From contig JBHGNT010000003.1 in the NCBI GenBank assembly GCA_043228905.1, positions 2,914,001-2,978,000 on the forward strand: a stretch of 64,000 nucleotides of DNA, given 5' to 3'. The position numbers were made by a program, and so were the translations under genes. This DNA is from Azolla caroliniana (lineage: Eukaryota; Plantae; Polypodiophyta). The notes beneath the pieces are model-generated. The model saw only the letters and a program-made list of their open reading frames with translations, did not search any database and had not been told where the DNA came from. Below are positions 12,805 to 24,597 of the stretch, piece after piece; the stretch's first letter is position 1; the number at the start of each line of letters is the position of its first letter.

Positions 12805-14227
12805 TATCATACATAGTATATAGATTTTCTTATCATCTGACAGTAGGATTAAGTCATAGAGATGCATACAAAGAGGGCTAGTACTACTTGATCTAATTCT
12901 ATAACAAAGTAGTCAAACTTAGTGTCCCATAGAAGAACAAGAACAAGAACAAGACGAGATGGGTACGAATATCAGATTCAACACTACAATTCCAAAACAT
13001 GAACCTGCTCATCAGCTCATCTTAACCAAAGATGAATGGAGAGACTATATGAAGGAGACAATCAATGTGCATGTTGATGATGAACCTGTGTTGAAGGAAA
13101 GTTGGATGATTTTGAAGCCTCCCCAAGCATTGTTGGAAGTGAGGCCAGAGTCATATTACCCTAAATTAGTAACCATCGGTCCATTCTATCAAAATCGTGA
13201 GCCTTCCCCCGTTAATTAATTTAAGGCACTTTGTGTGAAGAAATTCATGAAAAGACATTGGATATCAGGTGTGGAAGACCTTATACAATATCTCACCCCT
13301 CCTAAACAGGATGGACTTAGCCGCATCTATAATCTCAACCTCCCCCAATCTGACTTTGAGTGCCTCCAACTTCTGGTCACTGTAGATACCATCTTCATTC
13401 ATGAATTCTTGCTGTTTCTGTCGACATCCCAACCTATGGAAAGTGTCTGCAGCTACTTTGCCATTTTCTACAATTCCAACCTTACACTCGGCGCGCGAAT
13501 AGAGAGGGACTTGCTGTTGATAGGCAACCAAATTCCCATGTCATCTCTAAAGAAGATTTCTTACAATCGAGACTTCTCATTGGATGTTCTGGAGGAAACC
13601 ATGAGGAAATTTATTGCCCGCTGTAATCCATTCTTCTCTAGCGAAGTTGCACGGAGTGGATTTTTAGCGTTTCTCGCATCGAGAAACATAAAATTAATCA
13701 ATACTTGCGACCATCTACTTGATTCCCTCTACTATGCGTGCACTGTCAAAGAAGAAGAATCTTCGAGACAAACTAATCCCAAAGAATCCACAAAAAAATC
13801 TGTTTTCTCATGTTTCTCTTTTCTGAGCAAATTGAGGATGTGCAAAAACACCAAGAAACTAGAAACTCACAAAAAGGATTATGTTAGCCTCCCAACAGCA
13901 TCACAACTCTATAAAGCCGGCATTCGGTTCAAGGCTTGTGAAGGTAACATATCAGTGATGAAGTATGAGTCACAAGAGGAAACTTAAGATCCATCTTCCG
14001 CGCCTTGTCTTGTTTGACAGCACAGGGGATGTGCTGAGGAACCTCATTGCACATGACATAATGTCTAGGAAAGGAGATGAGTTTTCGATGTATGCAAACA
14101 TCATGGACATGCTTATCGACACGCCAAAGGATCTCGCGATCCTGAAAAAGGCCAAAGTCATAGAGAATCATATGGGGAACGACGAGAGGTTTGTCGATAT
14201 GTGGAACAACATGTGCATCAATGTGCC

Positions 14228-17200
14228 TGTTAAGAGTCTATTACTAATCAATAGACCAAATCAAGTAAAAAGGAAGAAAATAGATTGGATAGAAGAACCC
14301 GTTCCACCCGACCACCCCCGAGCTATGATCTAGACATAGCCAACCTACCACCGACGTCCCATACCGCCGGATATTAGGATGACTAATACCTTGGAAGATA
14401 TAAACACGATCGTCGAGACGAAAGCCTAGCCCGCACCACCGGTGTCTACGACAGCAGCCTTCCGACGTGATGATCCTTATGAGGGTAGCTAAGCCTCATA
14501 TTTATACCTTTTCCTAGGCCCCTTGAATAGATGTGCCTTTCTAAAAGGCTCTCTATTCATTGGTTGTCTAAATCATGATAGTGCATGCACATATCATTCA
14601 TTCTATCCAATCATTAGTCCCCTTTTTAATAATAGTGAACATACCCTTCACTAATGTAAATATTAGTGACCTACCCTCACCAACGTTATGTGTACATAAC
14701 ATACTCCCCTACTTCAAAAGATTGCACTCTTGCAATATAAAGTGAGGAAATTGTGCCTTAAGCGAATGCTCGCGTTCCCATGTGGCATCATCAATAGGTT
14801 TATCCATCCATTTGATCTTGAATAGCCGAATCTCTTTAGAACGTAAACGTTTAGTACGAGAATCAAGAATTCGTTCAGGAACATGAGGTTTGTAAGAAAA
14901 ATCCTCTAATGTTACAAGATCTTGGATTGTGATGGTGTTATCACCAGAGCCTAAAAATGGTTTTAGACGACTGACGTGAAAAACAGGATGAATACCAACG
15001 TTACGAGGTAAGGCAAGGTGATAAGCAGATGACCCAACTCGCTTAAGGATTTCAAATGGGCCACAATATCGTGGGGCTAACTTAGCGCACTTGCCCGTAG
15101 ATAATGACGTAGAATCAGTCGGGACACGCAAAAAAACTTTTTGACCAATAGTAAATGCACGAGGACGTCTATCCTGATCAGCATAAAATCGAGCACGATC
15201 TTGAGCTGTCTTGACATTTTCTTTGGCAATATGCAACATTTGGTTCATGTCTTGCAAAAAATTGCGTGTACTGTCTAATGTATCACGATGAATCGTGACA
15301 TCAACTGGGGCACGTGGCTGAAAACCATACATCAACATAAAAGGACTATATCCAGTGGATGTATGTTTAGAGCTATTATAGGCAAATTCTAAGATAGGAA
15401 GGTATTGCTCCCACTTAGAAGGGGTTTTTGCTACATAACCTCGAAGCATGTCCTCAATAATTTGATTAACTCGTTCAGTTTGTCCATCAGACTGAGGATG
15501 ATCTACGGAACTCATGCTCAACGTAGTTTCTAGTTTCTTAAAGACCTGAGTCCAAAAGTCACTAGTAAACTCATCAATATCCATCGGTAATCCATAAAAA
15601 CGAAATAACTCATCAACAAATTGATAAGCCAACTGTTGAGCGGTTACCGTGGTTTTTGTAGGAATAAATCTAGCTAATTTTGTTAGCCTGTCAACGACAA
15701 CCCATATGGCATCATGACCCCTCTGTGTACGAGGTAAACTAACAATAAAATCCATCGAGATACTTTCCCATTTATTGTTGGGAATATCTAAGGGATGTAA
15801 AAGACCAGCAGCTTTAAGTCGTTCCGACTTATTAATCTGACATTGTAAGCATTGAGTTACGTATTTATGCACGTCAGAGCGCATCTTAGGCCAGAAAAAA
15901 GTACACGAGATGAGAACGAGTGTGCGTTGTATTCCAGGATGACCAGCAGATGGTGCATCATGACATTCATGAAAAATTTTCTGTTTAACATTTGGTAAAT
16001 CTGGAACACAGACCTTTCCACTACGGTAGAGCAAACCGTTTGTAATGTGAAAGGTCGCCTTCGAGGGTAGGGTGCTAGTATCGGCATCTAAACCAGATTC
16101 GGCTTTCGTCCAGTATTTTGAGAAATAACTGTCATCAAGGTATTTCCCTCGAAGGTGATCTAAAAGATCAGATTTTATTTCCGTGAAGCTAAGCATGTTA
16201 ACTTCTTTAATGCGACTAAGAGCATCAGCAACGGTGTTCATAGAACCCTTGCGATATCGTATGGAAAAATCAAAATCTTGCATAAGGTCAGCCCAACGGC
16301 CTTTACGACCAACAAGATCGGGCTGGTCACAAAAATACTTTAATGATTGATGGTCTGTTGTAACCACAAATTTATTTCCATAGAGATAGTGCCTCCATGT
16401 TTTAAGTGCGTGTATCACCGCAAACAACTCTTTCTCTTGAACCGAATACCGAGATTGAGCAGCATCAAGCTTCTTACTTTCAAAAGCGATAGGGTGACCA
16501 CCTTGATAAAGAACGACACCAATAGCATAATCACTAGCATCGGTTTCAATTGAGAAAGGCTTAGAAGGGTCTGGTAATAGAAGAGTGGGAGCCTGACACA
16601 CATGCTCCTTGAGTGTCTCAAATGATTTGTCAAGTTGTTCATTCCATAAAATTGGTTTGACAGACTTACGTGGATGACCTTTTAAAAGGTCAGTTAATGG
16701 CGTAGTCAATTTGGAATAGTTACGAATTGATTTTCGTAAAAATCCAACAAACCCTAAGAATGATCTAAGTTCACGAATATTACGAGGAATGGGCCAAAGT
16801 TTAACCTTTTCAATACGAGAAGGTTCAATTTCAACGCCATTTTCTGTAATTAAATGACCTAGGTACACAATAGATTTTTGGAAGAAGTCACATTTTGAAT
16901 GTTTTGCATAGAAAGAGTTGTCACGCAACTTTCGCAAAACAAATCGAACATGTTGAACATGATCTTGCAAGGTACGGCTATATATCAAAATATCATCCAA
17001 GAAGACGACAACAAAATCACCGAGTTGATCTCGGAAAACATCATTCATCGCTTGCTGGAATGTGGCTGGAGCATTAGTCAACCCAAATGGCATGACTAAA
17101 AACTCATAATGGCCATAGCGCGTACGAAAAGCGGTTTTAGGAATATCATCCTCGGCGATGCGAATCTGATGATAACCAGTTCGTAAGTCAATTTTCGTAA

Positions 17201-19116
17201 AATATCGAGCCCCGTGCAAACGATCAATCAAATCATCGGCAGGAGGTAATGGATATGCATTCTTAATTGTCATTTTATTCAAACGGCGATAATTGATACA
17301 CCTTCGCCACGAACCTTCCTTCTTCTTGACTAATAGAACTGGCGCACCCCAAGGTGATTTACTATACCTAATGTGGCCCATACTCAAGTATTCCTTAAGT
17401 TGTTTAGCGATCTCATCCTCTTCTAATCGACTAAGTCGGTAAGGTGGAATGCTCACAGGAGCAGCCCCAGGGATGAGTTCAATTTGATGGTCCACATTAC
17501 GTTTAGGTGGTAAAGTAAGCGGTAATTCAGTAGGAAACACATCTTGAAAATCCTCTAAAATAGAGTCGAGTAATCGTTGCTCAAAATGTGGTAATTGTGT
17601 GGCGTCAATATTAAAATAATAAAATTGAACCGCAGGATCAATTACACACGAATAAATTAATGAACTAGAATACTCACTTAAAGATTTAGAAGACACAAGT
17701 GAATGAGAAGGAAGTTTGGAACATTGAATAAAATGTTTACAATTATTAAGTTCAAATGTGATTGAGTGATTAACCCAATCAATGGACAAAGAAGGGTTTT
17801 TATTAAAAAACCAAGGATATCCTAAAATGACATCTGCGGATTGTAATTTCATAACATGAAAGTCAAGCTTCTCCAAATAAGTATCTATTTGAATTGGCAG
17901 TTGACAAACAATGCCACTGATGTATTGAACGTTTCCATTTGCCATGTGAACTTGATAGATATGATCACTTGCGTTTATGTGGAGCTCCATTTGCTGCACA
18001 AAGTGATCATTAAGAAAATTGTGAGAACTACCGGAATCAAACAAGAAATGTGCTTGTGTTCCATTGATATATCCGACTGCTCGGAGTAAATCATTAGGTC
18101 CAAGTAAATGTGAAGGAAAAGTGCATTCACATAAACTTAAGTGATTGGTATGAACTTCAACAATATCAAAAGACTCACCTGTGTGACTCGTAGATTTGTC
18201 TTGAGGAGGGGTGTTCATTGACTTCCTCTCAAGACGACGACAGGTATCCTTTGTGTGGCCCCGCTTCTTGCAATATGCACAGAAGAGGTTCGGTTTCTTT
18301 GAGTCGCGGTCAAGAGTGTCACTGGATTGCTTACGTTTCCCAATGAACTTGACATTTGGAGTTTTGGCGAACTCAGGTTTATTGTGGTCTTTCTTGGAAG
18401 TCCTATGGTATCGCAGCACAATGTTGACGGCTTCCTCGAAAGTTGTGGGGTCCTTGTCATGGACAATCCAATGATAATCCCCATTGGGAATACCATTCAA
18501 AAAACAAGCGACAAACCATTTCTCACCCGTAAGTCCCGATTTTTGGATCTGGGTCCGAGCGTGATGCACATAATCCTCGAGAGAGGTAAATGGCTTACTA
18601 GACAATGTGAGCAAGTGTTGCGCTTGTTCGGTTTGAGAAGGTGGCTGCAAGAATTGTTTCTTAAAAACATCAACGAAACCTTCCCAAGTTGTGGGTAAGT
18701 TTTTTGCGGTCCTTAGGCCACGCCACCAAGCAGCAGCTCGGCCACCTAACTCACGACCGACATAACCAATTTTTACTGCATCGGGCTTGGGATGAAGCTC
18801 AAAGTGAGACTCCCAACGACCAAGCCAAGTGCTAATGGCCTCCTCGGTTCTTTCTTTCTTATCTCCCTTGAAAGGCGTGACTACGAAGGAAGGTTCACCT
18901 TCTTTCTTGGACTCAATAGTTAATTCTTGGAATTTCTTTTCCAATGCCATATTGGCCTGTCTCATTTCGGCCAATTGATTCAAGGGAGATAAGAAGCGTG
19001 CATCATGGAACAAGTTTTGAACGCAGTTGGAACGATATCTCCAAATGAGACCTCTCAACCCCAATCCGCATCTCAGCTTGTGGACCTACCCTCACCAACG
19101 TTATGTGTACATAACA
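14228..19116 (-). mobile_element. Chromoviral Ty3/Gypsy with internally deleted 5' LTR
   Basis: TSD GTGCC; 3' LTR 14228-14701; PPT gtaggggagta; only 34 bp of the 5' LTR remain (19083-19116). Confidence 0.93.
14709..19064 (-). CDS. Gypsy gag-pol with chromodomain (5'-truncated)
   Basis: CAYCKKRGHTKDTC knuckle, LFDSGSSHNF protease, FLDD RT, ETDASD RNase H, integrase, PERILDSR..KW..ATWE chromodomain; integrase core shortened (GLPMDIDEFTS lacks the usual VSDRD). Confidence 0.9.
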   Translation of the reverse strand: MGLRGLIWRYRSNCVQNLFHDARFLSPLNQLAEMRQANMALEKKFQELTIESKKEGEPSFVVTPFKGDKKERTEEAISTWLGRWESHFELHPKPDAVKIGYVGRELGGRAAAWWRGLRTAKNLPTTWEGFVDVFKKQFLQPPSQTEQAQHLLTLSSKPFTSLEDYVHHARTQIQKSGLTGEKWFVACFLNGIPNGDYHWIVHDKDPTTFEEAVNIVLRYHRTSKKDHNKPEFAKTPNVKFIGKRKQSSDTLDRDSKKPNLFCAYCKKRGHTKDTCRRLERKSMNTPPQDKSTSHTGESFDIVEVHTNHLSLCECTFPSHLLGPNDLLRAVGYINGTQAHFLFDSGSSHNFLNDHFVQQMELHINASDHIYQVHMANGNVQYISGIVCQLPIQIDTYLEKLDFHVMKLQSADVILGYPWFFNKNPSLSIDWVNHSITFELNNCKHFIQCSKLPSHSLVSSKSLSEYSSSLIYSCVIDPAVQFYYFNIDATQLPHFEQRLLDSILEDFQDVFPTELPLTLPPKRNVDHQIELIPGAAPVSIPPYRLSRLEEDEIAKQLKEYLSMGHIRYSKSPWGAPVLLVKKKEGSWRRCINYRRLNKMTIKNAYPLPPADDLIDRLHGARYFTKIDLRTGYHQIRIAEDDIPKTAFRTRYGHYEFLVMPFGLTNAPATFQQAMNDVFRDQLGDFVVVFLDDILIYSRTLQDHVQHVRFVLRKLRDNSFYAKHSKCDFFQKSIVYLGHLITENGVEIEPSRIEKVKLWPIPRNIRELRSFLGFVGFLRKSIRNYSKLTTPLTDLLKGHPRKSVKPILWNEQLDKSFETLKEHVCQAPTLLLPDPSKPFSIETDASDYAIGVVLYQGGHPIAFESKKLDAAQSRYSVQEKELFAVIHALKTWRHYLYGNKFVVTTDHQSLKYFCDQPDLVGRKGRWADLMQDFDFSIRYRKGSMNTVADALSRIKEVNMLSFTEIKSDLLDHLRGKYLDDSYFSKYWTKAESGLDADTSTLPSKATFHITNGLLYRSGKVCVPDLPNVKQKIFHECHDAPSAGHPGIQRTLVLISCTFFWPKMRSDVHKYVTQCLQCQINKSERLKAAGLLHPLDIPNNKWESISMDFIVSLPRTQRGHDAIWVVVDRLTKLARFIPTKTTVTAQQLAYQFVDELFRFYGLPMDIDEFTSDFWTQVFKKLETTLSMSSVDHPQSDGQTERVNQIIEDMLRGYVAKTPSKWEQYLPILEFAYNSSKHTSTGYSPFMLMYGFQPRAPVDVTIHRDTLDSTRNFLQDMNQMLHIAKENVKTAQDRARFYADQDRRPRAFTIGQKVFLRVPTDSTSLSTGKCAKLAPRYCGPFEILKRVGSSAYHLALPRNVGIHPVFHVSRLKPFLGSGDNTITIQDLVTLEDFSYKPHVPERILDSRTKRLRSKEIRLFKIKWMDKPIDDATWEREHSLKAQFPHFILQECNLLK

Positions 19117-20781
19117 GTGCCCTATAATCACAAATCTCAAAGATGGGAAGAGATGATCCATGATATAGTGGCCCACCATTCCTCCCGTAGCCGCCGCTGG
19201 TATGCAGAGTTTCGTAAAAAGTTCTTTTCTCGGCCATGGTTAACGATATCATTCATTGCAGCGTTTCTACTCCTCTCAGCTTCAATATTGCAGGCAACCT
19301 ATTCGGGCATAGGTTATTACAAACCCAAAAATTAACCTTACCTCAAACCATAGGGCAAAAATATAGAAGCTCAACACAATTCAAGTATTTATTGAGCTTT
19401 GTTTATTCAATTGGTATTTCAGTTTGATTAATGTATATAAAATATAATCCAGATTGGCTTATGAAATTGTGGAAGATTATGTGCTTACAATGAATCGTTT
19501 TCATGGTTCATCTTGTTATTCATGTATTAATGGAAATAGATCATGTGGGAGTTAAATCTAAATAATTGTGGCAATGAAGTACTGAAGCACAATTTCTACT
19601 TCTTCTTCTTCTTCTTCTTCTTCCTGATCCCAGGTTCATCAAATTACCTGGCTGTTGGACACGATGGCATAGAAATTGATTATAGAATGTCCAAATCAAC
19701 CTGAATGGCATTATTAGTTGAGTCTCATGAACGTACTTGTTACAATAACAAATCATTTCAGCCAAATCCATTTAGTTTATCTTTCATATCTCCCGTTTCA
19801 ATAACTGATTGATTATCAGAATATCCCTCCACCAAACTGCAATATTTATTGATCGATGATGGATTTGAAGGATTGGTTATTGCAATCAACAAGACAGGAG
19901 GAATGGTCTATTGATCTCAAATTTCCATTTTGTGATCTATGCTATGTAATCGATATTGAGGAGTAGAACCAAAAACTGATTAAATACACTACACTATTGC
20001 TTGGATGGATGCACACAATCCCTTGCATCATAAAGTTGCACAACTTTCTGTTATCGCCAGATGTAATTGAGCGCTTTGTATGAAGGAATTCGTATAAGAC
20101 ATGGCATCTTCATTGCTTTAGCAAAATCTACTTCAGCCTGGCCCACTCATTATTGATAACGCCCTTTAATTTCACGGGTATTGACTTCGTCCACAAATTC
20201 TTGCTTTTCCTGAGCCTGGATTTATTGAGCATCCAAAAGCGAAGCTGGCTACGTCTCAAATCCTTCTTTTTCTCCCCTAATGTGACATAATTATATTTGA
20301 TGGCCTTTAGAGTTTTCCCCAACATTATTTACAGAGTTTTCTCTTCAATTTCACATTGTATGAATTGAGGAGTCAATTCATCCATTTTTACTCAAATTGT
20401 TCCCCTTCCATTGAGAAATTTTAGCCTCCTTGGATTGGTCTTTTATTTTTCAACCAAACTACGAGGGACATTATTTAATTGGGGAAATAGACATCTTAAT
20501 TGTGGGTTACTTTTTAGAACACTTGGATATCAATATATTGATTTGATCATATATTATTATCTTCAAATATCATGTGATTTCAATCAAATAATATTGAAGT
20601 CAAGTAGTCAATATCTTTTTCTAAAAAGGCATAATTTCATAAGTGGAAATAATATAGAGGTCAATCCTCAAGGTGTCATCAATGTTCTATTTTGCAATCG
20701 TCAATGTCATTAATTATAATGATTAAGTGTCATTCAAATTGTTTCATGATTTCGTAAGTGATTATGTAGTTGTTTCATGGA

Positions 20782-21512
20782 TAGGGTCATAGAATGACAC
20801 ATGCGTCATATTCGTCATATTCTCCATGCGTGATCTTCCCAATATTCGAGAATACAAAATGGCCCTAAGAATATTTAAAAACCATTCGTTTTGTAAAATA
20901 AATATATAAAAAATTTATTTATTTATTTATTTATAAATAAATAAATTTATTTCACTTAAAAAAAGAACAATTATTCATTAATAAATTATAAAAATATGAT
21001 TAGTATAAACTCTCCTTTCTAGTGTCAAATAAAAAAAGAGGAGAGTTTATGAACCTTTATTTTATTTAAATAATTTATTTTTTTATTTTAAAAAAACGAA
21101 TATTTTTATATTTACTATGAAAACATGATTAATGTAAGTCTCAATTTTAATGTCAGGTAAAAATATCCATAAATTTTGGGAAAAGAAAAGGTGAAGAATT
21201 AATGAACCTTTCTTTTCTTTTATTTATTTATTAAAAATAAAACGAAAATTTATTTAATTTAATTTATTTATTTAGTAAAGAATCAAGATCTCCAATGAAA
21301 ATTTATTACTGTCAAGTCTCTCTCAACTCTCTATTTTATTATCCCCTTTTTATTGTCAAGTCCCCCTTTTTTTTTCCTAAGAAACTAAAAGGAGGGAGTT
21401 CATCTCCTTTTTTTCCTTTTTTTTAAAAACGAATACTTGACCACACGAATGTATGCGTATTCGTTTGCATTCGAATGGAAAATCCCACGAATGCGAATAT
21501 GTCATTACCCTA
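20782..21512. mobile_element. AT-rich MITE-like insertion with terminal inverted repeats
   Basis: tagggtcatagaatgaca..tattcg at the left and cgaatatgtcattacccta at the right; absent from the paralogous empty sites at ~27851 and ~60355. Confidence 0.65.
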
Positions 21513-21608
21513 TCATAGGGTAATGAGTGGGACACTGCCAACTTAGAGTTCAAAAGGTTGGCTTTACGTAAAGAAGCATAAATACATACCTACATACATA
21601 CATACATG

Positions 21609-21659
<51 letters not shown>

Positions 21660-21660
<1 letters not shown>

Positions 21661-22050
21661 ATTACAATGAATCATTCGTATATTTTTATGAGACATAATA
21701 GCATAATATTTATTTCTATCAATTGGTTTGGAGTTGTGGAGCCGGCCCTCTAGAAATGGTATTGAGATTTCGATCATGAGCTACCACCACATTGCATTAC
21801 ATAATGCCAAAGAGAAAAAATACTGAACATGAAAAATAAGACACAGCTCACCCTTTATCAAAATTATAGAAAATTGAAAGTAGCTCAGCATTAACATTGC
21901 ACTACAAGGAATCTATATAACTAACATAGGAATGAACACTAGTAGAAAAATCTATAACATGGCATAAAAACATTATTTGACATTACATTATTAGAAATTG
22001 TTTAAACATAAAATCTATATCCCACAAAACCCCATTATTTGGGAAAATGG
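21660..22050. repeat. Conserved non-coding module (also ~29390-29860, ~48530-49020, ~60655-61080)
   Basis: aatgaatcattc..gagacataata..tatttattt..cggccctctagaaatggtatt..aaagtagctca..gaaaaatctataaca recurs four times. Confidence 0.85.
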
Positions 22051-22237
22051 AAGTTAAATTGAAGACTTGTGAACAACTAACAACTTCGAGTATACAAAAA
22101 AATGTCTTATGTTGAAACTCATATATATGGACTAGATCTGATTTATCTCAATCATTGGTCATCTATAACTCTAGACTTGGATATTCCTTTTCTTCTATCA
22201 CATGACAAAGGAGCTTATTGAAGAACGTTCTTAGTTG

Positions 22238-22770
22238 GGTATGGTGGATCCATGAAGACTCCATGGTGGAAAGTTTTCTTTATTGACGTCAAAATACTTT
22301 GATGAATCCATGAAGATTCAAGGGGGGTATTTTTTTATATTGATGCTAACATGTTTTGGTACGATACACAAATCCTCGAGGGCGGAAGTCTTTCTATATT
22401 GATGTCGTGACACATTTTGGTGGGATCCAAGAACAGTCAAGGGTGGAAGTGTTTCTACATCGATGGCGTAACACGTTTTGGTGGGATCCAAGAAGAATCA
22501 AGGGCAAAATCTTTCTATCTCGATGGCGTAAACACGTTTTGGTGGGATCCAAGAAGAGTCAAGGCTAGCGGTCTTTCTATATCGATGTCAAGTCATTTTG
22601 GTGGTGTCGAAGAAGACTCAAGGGTGGAAGTCTTTTTATATTGATGTCAACACATTTTGGTGGCAAAACGTCCACCCTTGACTATGCTTGGATACCACCA
22701 AAATGTCTCCACATCCCTACCCTTGACTTTTCTAGGATGCCACCACCAAAAAACATTAACATCAATACAT
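22238..22770. repeat. ~60-bp tandem array with terminal inverted units upstream of DUF247-A2
   Basis: Same unit as 5945-6522; inverted copies at ~22668-22768. Confidence 0.9.
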
Positions 22771-23052
22771 AAAAACTAATGGGTGTATAAAAAGAGGAGT
22801 GGTACTTTGATCTCCTACAAGAAAGTATCAGTTTAGAAGAAGAGGAAGACGAAAGTGTCAGTTCAGAAGTAGTGTTAGTAGAAGAAGAAGAAGAAAAAAA
22901 TCAGTTTAGAAGTAGTAGTAGAAGAAGAAGACTAAGAAGAAGAAAACAGTTTAGAAGTAGTACTAGAAGAAGAAGAAGAAGAAGAAGGAAAAATCAGTTT
23001 AGAAGTAGTAGTAGTAGTAGTGTTGTTGTTGGTGGTGGTAGTAGTTTAAGAG

Positions 23053-24597
23053 ATGGGTGAGAATATCAACAAGGAAATCTGCCTTACAATCCCACCCAAT
23101 GGGTCGGCTGTGCATCCATATGAACCCATTCCTCCTAACCATACAAACCACTCCATTAGGCAACTTGGGGGCCAATCCAAATGGTGGGACGAAATGATAA
23201 AAAAGATCGATAAAATTACTACTGCTCCTGATACAAATCCATTCAACAAGAAAAGCGATGACGAAAATGTGAAGATTTCGATTCCTCCCAAAGAACTCTT
23301 GGAAGCTAAGCAAAAATCCTATTGGGATGAAAACCTGACCATCGGACCATTGTATACAAATCTTGTGACCAAATCCTGCCTTGATGACTGTAAGGCACTA
23401 TGTATGAAGAAATTCATGCAAAGACATGATATAGGAGAGGTGACAAAGCTCATTGAATACCTTATTCCTAACCACCTTGACCTTAACAACCATTATTCAA
23501 ACCTGTCCCAAGATTACATCAAAGATTTCCAACTTCTGGTTACTATTGATACCGTCTTCATTCATGAATTCTTATTCTTTTCGAGCACTGCACGTTCATA
23601 TTGCCAAGATAAGCAACAGGAGTTCTTACACAGTTTCTTCAATAACAAAACTAAATGCAACCAAGAACCTATTATAAATACTGACTACTTGGACAAATTC
23701 TTCAACAATGATTTCAAATGCAAACCTGTATGGAGGAACTTGTTCTTGATGGGAAACCAAATTCCCATGTCCTTTCTAAAGACGATTGCAGAGTTTCCAA
23801 ACAAAAACGAAGTCAATTTGAAAGATCTCCAGGCAGTATTAGTCGATATTGTTGCGAGAAATTCCCCATTCCCCATGGGCTATAATGATTGGCACAAGAA
23901 TGTTCCATATCCAAATTTACTCAATTGCAAACATCTACTGGATTGCCAATATGTTCTGGTCACACAAGGATTAAACGAGCTGAGATCCCCGCAAATCCAA
24001 CATAATTGGTCGACGAATCAAGGAGCTGGCAAGCTACAGTCTAAACATCGTGATCGGCTGCCGCCAGCGTCTCAACTGTCAAAAGTCGGCATTTCGTTTC
24101 ATGCTCTGAGTCATAGAAGTGGCACATCAATGATCAGGTATCATCGGAAGAAACTTCAGCTCTATCTTCCGCGGATTGTGGTGTACGAAGGCACGGAGAA
24201 TGTGCTGCGGAACCTGCTTGCCTATGAGCAGACCTCCAAAGATGGAGGTGAGTTTGCTAAGTATGTTGTAATCATGGACTCACTCATTGATACAACAGAG
24301 GATCTAGCAATCTTGACTAAGGCAGGGGTGATAGTGAACCACCTCGGGAGCGATCAGAAGTTGGTCAACATGTGGAACAACATGAGCGAGAATGTCACCA
24401 TTCGATCATGCAGAAGATGGGACAATATGACATGGGAGGTACTACGTGACTATGAAAACTCTTGGCGTTGCATGTATGTGGAGTTTCATGAGAAGTTCTT
24501 CTCTCGCCCATGGCTGACCACATCGGTCATTGCTGGAATCCTAATCCTTATATTGACATTATTGCAGACTATCTACACAATCTTAGGCTATTACTAG
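23053..24597 (+). CDS. DUF247/UPF0481 family protein, type A (intact, 514 aa)
   Basis: LTIGPLY, NLFLMGNQIP, KHLLD, LPPASQLSKVGI, LRNLLAYEQ, MDSLIDTTEDLAIL, PWLTTS followed by a hydrophobic C-terminal helix; intronless ORF. Confidence 0.93.
   Translation: MGENINKEICLTIPPNGSAVHPYEPIPPNHTNHSIRQLGGQSKWWDEMIKKIDKITTAPDTNPFNKKSDDENVKISIPPKELLEAKQKSYWDENLTIGPLYTNLVTKSCLDDCKALCMKKFMQRHDIGEVTKLIEYLIPNHLDLNNHYSNLSQDYIKDFQLLVTIDTVFIHEFLFFSSTARSYCQDKQQEFLHSFFNNKTKCNQEPIINTDYLDKFFNNDFKCKPVWRNLFLMGNQIPMSFLKTIAEFPNKNEVNLKDLQAVLVDIVARNSPFPMGYNDWHKNVPYPNLLNCKHLLDCQYVLVTQGLNELRSPQIQHNWSTNQGAGKLQSKHRDRLPPASQLSKVGISFHALSHRSGTSMIRYHRKKLQLYLPRIVVYEGTENVLRNLLAYEQTSKDGGEFAKYVVIMDSLIDTTEDLAILTKAGVIVNHLGSDQKLVNMWNNMSENVTIRSCRRWDNMTWEVLRDYENSWRCMYVEFHEKFFSRPWLTTSVIAGILILILTLLQTIYTILGYY

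Larger units (their letters stand above)
12959..19335 (+). pseudogene. DUF247 type-B1 pseudogene split by a Gypsy insertion
   Basis: YYPKLVTIGP, DLLLIGNQIP, HLLD, LPTASQLYKAGI, LRNLIAH, C-terminal PW + TM. In-frame TAA at 13217 and +4 frameshift at ~13969. Removing 14228-19121 rejoins NVP-YNHKSQRW. Confidence 0.92.

Noticed and set aside
19027-19335. 102-aa ORF as an independent small membrane protein
   Set aside because: Chimera of Gypsy antisense sequence and the severed C-terminus of DUF247-B1
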